DNA from: Carcharhinus amblyrhynchos
Taxonomy: Eukaryota
Length of the DNA stretch: 64,000 bases
Assembly (NCBI GenBank): GCA_965287045.1
Contig: OZ336872.1
Coordinates: forward strand, 81,034,001-81,098,000
Direction: 5' to 3'
Made by a program: the position numbers and the translations under genes. Under the pieces are notes generated by a model. It saw only the letters and a program-made list of their open reading frames with translations. It had not been told where the DNA came from and did no database searches. Below are positions 11,046 through 24,100 of the stretch, one piece after another. Positions within the stretch are counted from its first letter, which is position 1, and each line of letters starts with the position of its first letter.

Positions 11046-12933
11046 GAGGTCCCAGAAGACTGGAGGGTAGCAAATGTGGTACCGCTGTTTAAAAAGGGTA
11101 GTAGGGATAACCCTGGAAATTATAGACCGGTGAGTTTGACATCGGTGGTAGGGAAATTAATGGAAAAAATACTTAGGGTAGGATGTATGAGCATTTGGAG
11201 CGTTGCGATCTGATTAGGGATACGCAACATGGCTTTGTTAGAGGGAGGTCTTGCCTTACGAATCTGGTGGAATTCTTTAAGGAGGTGACAAAAATGGTTG
11301 ACGATGGGAGAGCCGTTGATGTCATCTATATGGATTTCAGTAAGGCGTTTGACAAAGTTCCTCATGGTAGGCTGGTAGAAAAGGTTAAGGCGCATGGGAT
11401 ACGAGGTCAGGTAGCTAGGTGGATTGAAAACTGGCTGGGTAATAGGAGACAGAGGGTAGTTGTGGAGGGGACCTTTTCCGGCTGGAGGCCAGTGACCAGT
11501 GGTGTGCCGCAGGGCTCAGTACTGGGACCTCTCCTCTTTGTAGTATACATAAATGACTTGGAAGAGAGCGTAGGTGGTGTGATCAGCAAGTTTGCGGATG
11601 ACACCAAGATGGCAGGGTTGGCGGGTACTGAAGTGGAATGTCAGGTGATACAACAGGATATAGATAGGTTGGTGCATTGGGCAGATAGGTGGCAGATGGA
11701 ATTTAATCCTGACAAATGCGTGGTGATGCATTTTGGAAGGAATAATGCAGAGAGGAGCTATGTGATAAAAGGTAGACCAATTAGGAGTATAGACATACAG
11801 AGGGACCTGGGAGTGCAGGTTCACAAATCCATGAAGGTTGCGACACGAGTGGAGAAGGTTGTTAGGAAGGCTTATGGAATGCTAGCCTTTATAAGTAGGG
11901 GTATAGAGTATAAAAGCTGCCGTCTAATGCTTCAGTTGTATAGAACGTTGGTTAGACCGCATTTGGAGTACTGCGTCCAGTTCTGGTCACCTTACTACCG
12001 GAAGGACGTGGAGGCTCTGGAGAGGGTTCAGAGGAGGTTTACCAAAATGTTGCCTGGCATGGAGGGGCTGGGGTACAAGGAAAGGTTGGAGAAACTGGGA
12101 CTTTTCTCCTTGGAAAGACGGAGGTTGAGGGGGGACATGATAGAGGTATATAAGATACTGAAGGGAATAGATAGAGTCAATAGTGAGAGACTGCTCCCTA
12201 GACTGGGTACAAATACAAGAGGTCATGATTTAAGGGTGAGGGGGGAGAGGTATAATTTGGATGTGAGAGGAAGGTTCTTTACGCAGAGAGTTGTGGGGGT
12301 ATGGAACGCGCTACCGAGGAGGGTGGTGGAGGCAGGAACGTTGGACTCGTTTAAGGTTCAGTTAGACAGACACGAGTGAAACGAGGATGGAGGGTTATAG
12401 TAGGGGCTATTAAATAAGGTCAGAACCTCGGGAGACACCGGAAAAGCAGACTTGTAAGATTAACGTTTTTGTCTTTTTATTCCGCAGGTGGAGGTCCACC
12501 TCGTTGTCAAACGAGGGGCATGTACACGGTGGGTCGTGCGTGGGCTGCTCTTGGAGGTTCCGGGAGTGGCCTCGTACTTCGTGTCGGTGTGTGTGCTTGA
12601 TCCTGGACCGGTAGACGGGCACTGCAACAGCTCAGTGACTAGCACTGCTAGCTGTGCAGATACATGGATTTGGGCCTGTGTCTGTGGGAGTTTGTGCATT
12701 CTCCCTGTGATTGCATGGGTTTCCTCCGGGCGCTCCGGTTTCCTCCCACACCCCAAAGATGTGCACTTAGGCTGATTGGTTTACTAAATTGACACTATTC
12801 TCCCCTGAATCTGACTAAGTTAGGGGTTCCATTCGTAGACACGCAGGGTAGAGTAGGTGTAGGGTGATGCGGCGGCGCGGGCTCGTTGGGCCGAAGGGCC
12901 TGTTTCCCGTGCTGGGTTGTTCTTTGTTCTTTG
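11046..12933 (+). mobile_element. Young 5'-truncated CR1 (HER1-like) LINE, copy A, with extended 3' UTR
   Basis: RT ORF 11183-12379 (DFSKAFDKV, GVPQGSVLGPLLF, FADD); tail hairpin plus ttgttctttgttctttg; TSD tatatat at 11039-11045 and 12934-12940. Confidence 0.95.
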
Positions 12934-13811
12934 TATATATATTACAAGCAACAGAGGGCCACGCACTGATCCTTGCGGAACACCACTGGCTACAGATATC
13001 CATTCTGAAAAATACCCTTCCACTGATGCTGTCTGTCTTCTGTAACCAAGCCAGTTCTGTATCCATCTAGCTAGCCCAGCCCGAATCCCATGTGATTTTA
13101 GTTTTTGTATCAGTCTGTCATATGAGACCTTGTCAAATGCCTCACCAAACTACATATAATGCCATATAAACTACATCCACAACCCTTCCCTCATCAATTA
13201 TCTTTGTCACCTCTGCAAAAAACTCAATCAAGTTGGTGAGACATGATCTTTCCTTTACAAAACCATGCTCCCTGTCGCTAACTAGTCCATTTTCTTCCAA
13301 ATGTGTATGTGCCCTGTCCCTCAATATCTTCTCCAAAAGCTTTCCCACCATTGACTTCAGGACCACTGGTCTATAATTTCCTGGTTTATAATTATTCCTG
13401 CTTCCTTTCTTAAAGGATACATCTGGACACATCTAACAAATTGTTCAGCATCTGAGCTCCTGGCTGTAAGAGAATCCCAGTCAATATGAATGAAGTTAAA
13501 GTCACCCACCACAAATACCCTGCTTTTTACAGGTCTTTTCAGTATCTGACTATGCAACTGCACTTCTGTCTCCTGTGGGCTGTTGCGAGGTCCATAGTAC
13601 ACTCCCAACATTTTGATTTCACCCTTCCTATTCCTGAGCTTCACCCACAATGCCTCACTATAAGATCCCTCCAATGCATCTTCTCTCAACACAGCTATGA
13701 TCTGCTCCCTGATCAGTAATGTAACTCCCTCACCCCTTTTGTCTCCCCTTCTGTCCCATCTAAAACAATGATATCCCAGAATGTTAAGCTGCCAGTCCTG
13801 CCCCCTCCTGT

Positions 13812-14100
13812 TTTTAACTTTATTTATTAGTGTCACAAGTAAGCTTACATTAACACTGCAATGAAGTTACTGTGAAAATCCCCTCGTGGCCACACTCAGG
13901 CGCCTGTTCGTGTACACTGAGGCATGACCAATGCACCTAACCAGCACGTTTTTCGGACTGTGAGAGGAGACCTGAGCACCCGGAGGAAACCCACGCAGAT
14001 ACAGGGAAAACATCAGACTCCACATAGACAGTGGCCCAAGCTAGGAATTGAATCTGGGTCACTGGCTCTGTGAGACAGCAGTGCTAATCACTGTGCTGCT
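13812..14100 (-). mobile_element. V-SINE
   Basis: Reverse complement of head, V-domain and tail. Confidence 0.85.
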
Positions 14101-14605
14101 TTAACCATGTCTTTGTAATTGTAATAATATCATAATTCCATACAGTAATCCATGTGTATATCTCAATTTTAATTTGCACTCTGAAACTTACTTAAAAAAT
14201 TAAGGATAATTAGTGCAAATTATTTCCTGGTTTACTGTCTGTGAGAATTTTATAATGTGATTTGTTGCTTACCTTACTGTTAGTATTACTTTTGTGCTCC
14301 TCTGAAGAACCCCTTGACTTGGTGCCAGATTCAAATTACTATCGAGAAATGCTAAGTTATCACACAAAGATTGCCTAAGTGAACTTATCGGGAACAGGCA
14401 AGAAAGTAGAATTAAGTTCACAGCCATGATCTTATTGAATGACAGAACAGGATTGAGGGGCTAACTAGCTTTGTGCTTCTCCTATTTCCTCTGTGGTTAT
14501 TAAATAATGCCATTGCTGCCTTCAAAATCTGGGCCATAACTTTCTCTTTGGCTCAATGTCAAATTTTATAGGATTATGTTCCAGTGAAGCACCTACTAGC
14601 ACTTA

Positions 14606-17245
14606 GCCAGTCAAAGACACTATATACTGGGGGAGGGCTAGATACAACCGGATTAGGCAGGATCTTAAAGATACGGACTGGGGTAAGCTGTTTGATGGCA
14701 GGTCGACGCTGGGTATGTGGGAGTCTCTCAAGGGAAAACTAAAATCTTTGCAGGAAAGACATGTGCCGGTCAAGAGGAAGGATGGGAAGGGTAGGATTAG
14801 AGAGCCGTGGGTAACTAGGGATATTGAGGACCTGGTCAGGAGGAAGAGGGAGGCGTACATTAGATCTAGGCATTTGAGGACAGAGATAGCGTTAGAAGAA
14901 TACAGAGAATGTAGGAGAGAACTTAAAAGGGGCATCAGAAAGGCAAAAAGGGGCCACGAAATGGCTTTGGCGGGTAGGATTAAGGAAAATCCTAAGGCAT
15001 TTTACTCCTATGTTAGAAACAAAAGGATGGTTAGAGGGAAGATTGGTCCTCTCAGGGACAGAGGAGGGGAACTATGCTTGGAGCCTGGGGGAATGGGGGA
15101 GATCTTGAATGAATACTTTGCGTCGGTATTCACGCAGGAGAGGGGCCTGATGTCTGGTGCTGTGCTTGAGGAGTTTGAGGATCCATTGAGGGAAATAGTC
15201 ATCACGAGGGAAGAGGTGTTGGGACTGTTAGACAGCATAAAGACGGATAAATCTCCGGGGCCTGATGGCATCTATCCCAGGCTGCTAAGGGAGGTGAGGG
15301 ATGAAATTGCTGGGCCTCTGACGCAAATCTTTGTCTCTTCTTTGGACACAGGTGAGGTCCCAGAGGATTGGCGGATTGCAAATGTAGTACCGTTGTTTAA
15401 AAAGGGTCAGAGGGATAACCCAGGGAATTATAGGCCGGTGAGCTTGACTTCAGTTATAGGCAAGCTAATGGAGAGGATCCTCAAGGATAGGGTGTATGAA
15501 CATCTGGAGCGCTGCAATCTGATCAGGGATACGCAGCATGGCTTCGTTACAGGGAGGTTGTGCCTTACGAATCTAGTGGAATTTTTTGAAGAGGTGACAA
15601 AAACGGTTGACAAAGGACAAGCCGTTGATGTCGTCTATATGGATTTCAGTAAGGCGTTTGACAAGGTCCCTCATGGTAGGCTGATAGAAAAGGTGAAGGC
15701 TCATGGGATACAAGGCCAGGTATGTAGATGGGTGGAGAACTGGCTTGGGAGGAGGAGACAGCGGGTAGTAGTGGAAGGCTCCTTTTCCAATTGGAGGTCT
15801 GTCACCAGTGGTGTGCCGCAGGGCTCGGTACTAGGACCTCTTCTATTTGTGGTATATATTAATGACTTGGAAGAGGGGGTAGGTGGTGTGATCAGCAAAT
15901 TTGCTGATGACACTAAGATGGTTGGATTGGCGGGTACTGAGGAGCAGTGCCTGGCAATGCAACAGGACATAGACAGGCTGGTAGATTGGGCAGATAGATG
16001 GCAAATGGAATTTAATCCGGAGAAATGCGAGGTGATGCACTTTGGCCGGAATAATGTGGAGGGGAGTTATACGATAAAAGGTAGAACTATCCGGAGTATA
16101 GATACGCAGAGAGACCTGGGGGTGCAAGTGCACAAGTCCCTGAAGGTGTCGGTGCAGGTGCAGAATGTGATGAGGAAAGCGTATGGTATGTTAGCCTTCA
16201 TAGGAAGGGGTATAGAATATAAGAGTAGGAGTCTGATGTTGCAGTTGTATAGAACGTTGGTTAGGCCTCACTTGGAGTACTGCGTCCAGTTCTGGTCGCC
16301 GTACTACCGGAAGGATGTAGAGATCCTGGAGAGAGTGCAGAGGAGATTTACCAGGATGCTGCCTGGTATGGAAGGGCTGTCTTACGAGGAAAGATTGAAC
16401 GAACTTGGGCTGTTTTCCCTTGAGAGACGTCGGCTGAGGGGGGATCTAATAGAGGTTTATAAGATTATGAAGGGGATAGATAGAGTTAATGGTGGTAAGC
16501 TTTTTCCGCTATTAGAAATGGATAGAACAAGGGGTCACGGGCTTAGGGTGAGGGGGGCTAGGTATAAGACAAATATTAGAGGGCAGTTTTTCACGCAAAG
16601 GGTAGTGGGGGTGTGGAATGCACTGCCGAGTAAGGTGGTGGAAGCAGGCACGCTAGGGTTGTTTAAGAGTAACTTAGACAGCCACATGAGCGGGCTACAT
16701 ATAGGGGGATATAGCAGGCCTTACTAAACATTGTAGGCTTGGGATTACGTTTTTGCCTCAGGGATGTTACAGTCTTTGCCTGTTTAATAATGAATTTTTT
16801 GTCTCCACAGGCATTTAAGTCCAGCAAGGGGCATGCATGCGGCAGGTTGTAGTGGGCTGCTCTTGGACGTTGCTTCGGGAGTTGCCTATTGCTTCATGTC
16901 GTTAGTGTGCTTAAACTGGACCATCTCGAGGGCAACATGACAGCTCAGAGACTATCTCTGTTGCTGTGCGGACACATGGATTTGGGCCTGTGTCTGTGGG
17001 AGTTTGCACGTTCTCCCCATGGTTGCGTGGGTTTCCTCCGGGTGCTCCGGTTTCCTCCCACATCCCAAAGATGTGCTTTTAGGCTGATTGATTGGGTAAC
17101 AAATTGTCCCTATATTGGACCTCCCTGTTCCTCGCACATTAGGCGTAGACTAAAATCATGAATAGGTCACTGAGACAGTGGGATGGCGGCGCGGGCTCGT
17201 TGGGCCGAAGGGCCTGTTTCCCGTGCTGTGTTGTTCTTTGTTCTT
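14606..17245 (+). mobile_element. Young 5'-truncated CR1 LINE, copy B, uninterrupted ~700-codon ORF2 fragment and extended 3' UTR
   Basis: ORF 14715-16727 is open upstream to ~14607; RT motifs; same terminal hairpin and tail as copy A. Confidence 0.95.
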
Positions 17246-17281
17246 ATATACATACAAGTTGTTGTTGCATTGCAGCTACTT

Positions 17282-17570
17282 GGGGTGGCACGGTGCATAG
17301 TAGTTAGCATTTCTGCCTCATCGCACCAGGGACCTGGGTTTGATTCCCGGCTTGAGTCACTTCCTGTGTGGAGTCTGCATGCTCTCTCTGGGGCTGCATG
17401 GGTTTCCTTTGGGTGCTCTGGTTTCATCCCACAGTCTGAAAAATGTGCTGGTTAGTGCATTGATTCTCCCTCAGTGTACCTAGACAGGTGCTGGAGTGCG
17501 GCGAATCCAGGATTTTCATAGGAACTTCATTGCAGTGTTAATGTAAGCCTCCTTGCGACACTGATAAAAA
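17282..17570 (+). mobile_element. V-SINE
   Basis: Head, V-domain, tail. Confidence 0.85.
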
Positions 17571-19134
17571 AATTCAGCAAGGTTCCTTCAACAGCACCTG
17601 CCAAACCTGTGAGCTCTCTCACACAGATGGTCAAGGACAGTAGGCACGTTGAACACCACCATCACTGCTGTTTCAATGTCGTTGGACAACTTACCTAACA
17701 GCACAGTAGGAGTAACTTCACTACATGGACTGCACCATGAAGCAAGAAGGTATAGCTCACCACAACCTTCTCATGGGTAATTAAGAATGGGCAATAAATG
17801 ATGGCCTTAAGAGTGAAGATGGCCTTGAGTGAGTTTTAGAAAAAAAGGGACTGCTGTTCTAAATGTTGTATCAGACCCAGGAGTAATTAATAGTGTCAGT
17901 GAGTGTCAACAGTGAAAAAGTATTCAATTCTACAGCATTTGATCATCAAAGCTATTCTCTTCCTCTGCGCAAAGTAAAGGCAATAATTAAGTAATAGAAT
18001 CCATCAGTCCATGAAACAAACTATCAAAATCCTATCTGGGTTTTGACTGTGCTTAAGTATCTATGCAAAACTCAACAGATATCTGTGTCTGTGGTTCAAT
18101 CATCCATCATCACTTAGTTTCATACAAATTTAATTGCGCAAATCTGAATTAAATGCAAATCATCAGTTGTGCATGAATGCAAGCAATACGTTCTGCAAAG
18201 TAAATTTCAATTAAGAGTATAATTCATACATATCTACCATGATTTTGCAACAAACAGCTTGATTTCTTTGTTCTGGTTTAGTCTATTAAATACAAATAAT
18301 GGAATCAATTAACATGAAAATTTATCTCCACGTTCATTTTACTGAGTGAAAATCAAGCAGAAGAAAAATTTAGCATGTGACAAAATCCTCTAAATTCTTT
18401 AACGAAATGGACACTGGGAAGTCCTAGTCCTAGCTGCATCTAGACTTCCAAAAGATACTTGACAGAAGTTTCACCTACCAAGGCTATTAGTTAAACTTCT
18501 AAGATTCAGGATTAACCCTAAGATGGATAGTAAATAGGCTGAAGGATAGAAAGCAATTAATTGCATTGAGTTGGGGCAATGGAGTGCACCATGACTGGAT
18601 AGTGCTGTTCATATAAACACTTCGGACAGTGTCTTGTGGAGGCTATTCTCACTTCTTTTGTGGAAGGCCTACCCAACCATGAGCCAATCTTGGAGTCAAC
18701 AGATAAGTGACAAGCCTTTCCCTGAGATCAGGGTCCCAGGAGAGGCAGTTCTCACCTGCCGAGAGCTGCTGGCCAATCTGGGGTTGACAGCAGCACCACT
18801 GGCGTGGTGGTGGCTGCTACAAGAATAACATGGACGAGTAGCCAAGTAATAGTTGGAAGGGTTTTGATAGGTGGGGGTTGCAATGTTGGGGGTGGGGGGG
18901 GGTGGGGTGTAGGGGAGCTGACAGCTCTCAGAGCCAATGGGATGAGACCCTTAAATAGTCATCAACTGGCCACTTTAGGGTCCTAACAGGCATTAGGGTG
19001 GGAAGGCTGACCACGAGCCTTTCAGCCCCAGATATAATCAGGATGGAGCCAGGAAGGGATGCTCATCTGCCTGCCACTCTTCTTGCCAGACTGAAATGGC
19101 AAGCAACGGAAAGGTCCCTGACCTTGCCATTTTA

Positions 19135-19745
19135 ACACACGATCCTGCTCACATGTCTGTCCTTGGCTTGCTGCAATGTTCCAGCGAAGCTCAACGCAAA
19201 CTGGAGGAACAGCGTCTCATCTACTGGCTAGGCACATTACAGCCTTCCAGTCTCAATACCGAATTCAACAACTTCAGATGGTATACTCTATCTCACCTCG
19301 GCCCTGCTTGTTTTCATTCTAATTTATTCAATTTTTTACTGTTCTCTACCTTTTACTTCTTTATTGTCTTTCTTCATTTTTCTTCCCCTCCCCACTGTTT
19401 CCCCCTACTTCATCCCCCTTCCCTTACCTTTTCATCTCCCTGCTTCCCCTTCTTTATATTCTATCTCTGTCCCATCTTTCCCCTCCACCCTGCAACATTT
19501 TCATCTGTCACAGCTTACATCTTTTATATTGTTTGGCCATTCACATTCTTTATTCTCTCTGTGGACAGCTATTCGCAGTGTTTTCCCCTGTTTCTGTACT
19601 ATGATTCATCTTTCATTCCTTCCCCCTGCAGTATAAATATCCCCTGCTTTCTATGCCTTTTAGCTTTAACAAAGGATCATCTGGACTCGAAACGTCAGCT
19701 CTTTTCTCTCCTTACAGATGCTGCAAGACCTGCTGAGATTTTCCT
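19135..19745 (+). mobile_element. Penelope-like element (second family): GIY-YIG C-terminus, pyrimidine-rich UTR, decayed hammerhead
   Basis: SVLGLLQCSSEAQRKLEEQRLIYWLGTLQPSSLNTEF; agct-ttaacaa-aggatc-atctg-gactc-gaaa-cgtc-agct at 19662-19700. Confidence 0.8.
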
Positions 19746-20847
19746 TGCTGACTTCCAAGTTTAATGGAGGTGTATTTGAATGCCAGTGAGAAACTTGCAC
19801 ACTCATGGGGATATTATGGTGCATTTAATATTCTTAGGGAATGCTAATGAGACCTTTTGCAAATTGATATTAATTTTGCTCTGAATAGGATGTGTCCTGT
19901 GGCTCAGCTAGGTGACCATGGAAGCAGGGTTCAGCATTTGTTCAGGTGAGCATTTAAGTTGTTCAACTGAACAAAGGCTTACTTGTTGCAACTGGTGCCC
20001 TTGACCCCTCTGGCAAATGTTTGGCAAAGGCCAGTTGTGTGGATAGAACTTACAATGAAAAGTTCAGGATGAATTGTGCGTTGAATGTGTTTGGCAACAC
20101 AGCAGAAGAGGAAGACTGTCCATGATAATGACAATGTGTTGTGGTGGGATCAGTGTGTGCACAGGAGAGAGGCCACCACCACTGGCGGGCGGGACTACCC
20201 ATATTGAGAACTTACAGGCAGGTGTTCAGCTTCCTTGACCTCTCCAGACCAGCCTAATGGGGATAAGTGACTTGTAAGACTATAGAATTGAAAACTGTCA
20301 TCTTATTTACAGCATGCAGACAAGTTGGCATTCAAAGTCTGCCAGCATGGACAAACTTGAGAGATTTGATCAGCACACCTCAAGGCATGCAGGTGTTTTC
20401 TCTCCCCATGAGAGACATTTCCATAGCTATCTGTGCCATCAATCCACTAGCAATTGAATTGGCTCCTCCAGTCTCTCCACTATTGCAAAGAGTGCACCTG
20501 TCACAAATATCAGTACTTGACTAAATTGCTGATACACATTTAGCATTCATTTTCCTTCTCAATGTTAGCCCTCAGTGTTCAGCACATGTCTCCAGCTGAG
20601 CAGAATCTGAGGAGGATTGCCCCCCTACCACCCCCGATGTGTGGACGTTCCACAGTTGTCCCCCACCAGTTTCTGCTTGTGTTTGAGTCACCTGGTGAAT
20701 ACTCAACTATGCACCTCATTGCGAGCATCTATCCTGGCCCATGGCTGTAAATCCTGCCACTAAGCAGCCTTAAAAGGAATAAGTTCCTCTGAGGAATCAC
20801 TCTGATAGAAACTGACTGCACAGTAGGAGACTTTAAAAGATAAAATC

Positions 20848-21162
20848 GTAGAATCACTGCACTGCAGAAGGAAGCCATTCAACCCATTGAGTTTGCACCG
20901 ATCATTATCACATCCAGGTCTTATCCCCATAACCCCATATATTTATCCTGTTAATCCACTGACAGTGGAATCAGTTGTGGCCAATCAACCTAACCTGCAC
21001 ATCTTTGGACTGTGGGAAGAAACCAGAACACCCGGAGGAAGCCCACACAGACTCAGGAGAATGTGCAAACTTCACACACGGACAGCGACCTGAGGCCAGA
21101 ATTGAACCCGGGTCCCTGGCACTGTGAGGCAGCAGTGCCAACCACTGTGCCACTGTGCAACC
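20848..21162 (-). mobile_element. HE1-type V-SINE (CR1 tail)
   Basis: Head, V-domain and gggttgaatggcttccttctg tail on the minus strand. Confidence 0.82.
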
Positions 21163-24100
21163 CCAAATAATGAGATATGCCTTAGTCCTTGCAAGGTCAT
21201 ACACCATTTTCACCTAGTTCAGTTTTTTTTATTCTTTTGTGAGATGTGGGCTTCGTTGGCTAGACCCTTATTTTTGTCCATCCCTAATTGCCCTTGAGAA
21301 GATCATGGTGAGCCGTTTGGTGTAGATACATCCACAGTGCTGGATTGCATGGAGTTCCAGGATTTCGACCCAGCAACAGTGAAGGAATGGCAATATTTTT
21401 CCACGTCAAAAAGTGAGTGACTTGGAGGGTTTGGAGACTTGAGAGCACAGAGGGAAATTTGCTGATGATGGTCACCCCATGTGCCTGCTGCCTTTGTCTT
21501 TCTATGTGATAGAGATCACAGGATTGGAAGGTGCCGTCGAAAGACTTGATTTGATTTATTATTGCCACATTATTTGGGATGCTGTGAAAAGTATTATTTC
21601 TTGTGTGCTATACAGACAAAACCATTCATGAAATACATAGGGGAGAAGAAAAGGATGGGGTGCTTAGTATAGTGTTGCAGTTACAGATAGGATGTAGAGA
21701 AAGATCAGCTTAATATATGATAGGACAATTCAAAAATCTGATGGCAGCAGGAGCTTTGGTGAGCTATGGAATAAAGTCAGCAAATGTGTGTCAGGCATGT
21801 TTATAATTCTGTCACTAGCTACCTGCAAGCTTTCTGTCTCTCCATCTCTGACTAAGACGGCCACAGATATACCACTTACCTCCATCAGACCAGTTAGCCA
21901 GACTATTTGTGGTGGCCAATCTTTGGTATTGTCCTCTCCAATGTTAATGGGCTCTTGCTTTAACAATGGATGAAAGTGAGACTGGTGAGTGAGTTCAGAA
22001 ATGCATCTGAAAGATGCGGTAAGGATTACTATGAGAAAACTGAATTACATTGTATAAGAAGTAGGAGCAGGAGGATGTTATTCAGCCCCTCAAGTCTGCT
22101 CTGCCACTCAGTAAGATAATAGCTGCAATCAACTGCATTTTTCTGACCTCTCCTCATAATGATTGAGTGAGTGCCAATGGTGGATGGATACATGGGGAGG
22201 TAATGAAGTGCACAAGGCTGGGTGCTGCTGAAAGATGAATGGGTAAGAGTGGACAAGAAGAATGATGTGAGGTAAGATGCTGAACACATTAGAGTGAAAG
22301 GGGCAGGTGGCTTAAACCACAGGATTGACGTGAATCAGCAAGCACACTCATTTTTCCAGAATAGGTTAGGTCATTAATCCCAGACACTCTGATCCTGCCG
22401 CGCATCCCCTCAGTTCACTAGTCGCATTTTCTTGGTGAGACCCAACCACGATGCAGCGTCTGATAGCCAATCATGCAGTCCATGTAGTAGGATCTCAGGT
22501 TGGTCAGCTCGCTGCCAACTGGCATTACGGCTGTGGATTACAGCATGCAGGGTGTAAAAGTTCTGCATAAACCTTGGGAGCTTCAGTGACCTTGTGTAAA
22601 AGTTGCAACAAATTGCAAAATGTAAATATTTCCAACTTCAGCCTGAAGGGAGCCAGATGTATTAAGTTGATGGTCGTAATCATCAACACAGCCACTAGCC
22701 AACATGGTCCATATTATTCTCTATGGCTGCAGTTGTGGCAAAGTTCGATGAGGACATTCTTACTGAAGCACAGAAGTGTCAACATCTGAGGTTCAAGTAT
22801 GAGATTTGTTCCTTGAAAACCCTAGGTGACTATGGCATCCTTTTGAGAGCCATCTTCACCAGCTCCCTTTTCCACCAGCTTGACCTATTCTGCATGACTT
22901 ATGTTGATTCTACAATTCATGTTTTATTCCAGGAGGATTGCCAGTTGCAGCTTTAAATCTGAGTTTCCCAAACCCATGTTCAGAGACAACAGGCTTGTAC
23001 AGAATTGAAGTCAGGTAAAACTTGGGCACCATATGCAACAGCACTCCTGCAGACTTCTGCGACTTGGAATAATGATAGAATGCACCAAACACAAGCAGAA
23101 CCATAGCAACAACCAGACAAAATCAACCAGTACTAACCCTGTACATGCTTTAGGCTATGTTGGAGGGCCCTTCTTCCTGATATTGAAAACTCAGCTGGAG
23201 TTTTGAGATCTAAAAAGATAGATCAACAGCCAAATCAATGTGACAGTCTAATTGACATCATGATCTGTTTGCTTTGCAGATTTACAGCGGACAATCATTA
23301 CCTACGCTAATGCCCTCACCAGTGTGGTGTCCAGCTTATTTCAACCCAGATGTGTGTACATATGCCACAGACACCACCTTTGAGCCTCACGAAACAGGTG
23401 TCAATGAGCCCAATTTCCAGTCCTCAGACTGTTCTCTAATGGTAGGCATTTAGACAGTGGATGCAAACTGCTCACACTGTACACTCGTGTTTAAATCGTT
23501 TGAACCGCTTCATTACATGTCATCCCTGAAATCACTGACTAAATGTGAATAGTTTTTATGTGGTGCATAATGGATGGTGAAAAGTCTTATAAAATCCTTC
23601 TCCCAGTCTTGTGATTCACAACTTTCTGCTGATTACTGAGGAAAAAAACATTAATTGCTTCTGCTTACATTAAAATGGCCTTAAACAGCACAAAAGTAAC
23701 TGTTTTTTTTCACTGTCATGAGATCTCATTAAACAAGCTTATTGCATTAATGGCAGAAGGAACTTAAAGTACCAATATAATTCCAGTGTGCTGGCAGAGA
23801 TCGAGTATATTTAGATAGTCTTGTTAGATTGTGTATTTCCACAGATCATTTGTCAAAAGGCAATAAGGCACTGTTGTACAGGAAACAGCCAACATGGTGG
23901 ATTCTTTCTGAATACAGCACTTTGAGCTGCAGTGTTTGTACGCTCTTCAATTGTCCGACAGTGTCGAGGAATTGAAGATTATTCTCCTGAAACCTGTTAT
24001 AAACAAACAGGGAAAACAATTGAAAAAGTGATGAATTCTCCAGTTCTTTGAACATTTCATTTTATTAGTAACTAAAGTACGGGGGAACGGGAGAAAGGCT

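Larger units (their letters stand above)
10104..14155 (-). mobile_element. Older decayed CR1 LINE (host of copy A; also interrupted by a SINE at ~13812-14100)
   Basis: Frameshifted RT C-terminus (10201-10729), RT (13142-13432) and endonuclease (13357-13836, VGDFN) pieces are collinear once 11046-12933 is removed. Confidence 0.88.

Noticed and set aside
12370-12413. Short C-terminus of copy A ORF (...DRHE*)
   Set aside because: Explained by a 2-nt deletion; restoring it gives HMSETRMEGYSRGY*, matching copy B's HMSGLHIGGYSRPY*.
12488-12775. 95-aa ORF after the acceptor in CR1 copy A (and 90-aa ORF 16889-17161 in copy B) as a novel third protein
   Set aside because: Aligning the two copies needs several 1-nt indels, they use different frames, and half the ORF is translated V-domain. 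It behaves as non-coding.
19096-19764. 222-aa hydrophobic ORF resembling a membrane protein
   Set aside because: Penelope C-terminus reading through into a pyrimidine-rich UTR.
20150-23460. Possible Harbinger transposase or other coding remnants
   Set aside because: Motif-like pieces are too degraded and fall on inconsistent strands to support a call.
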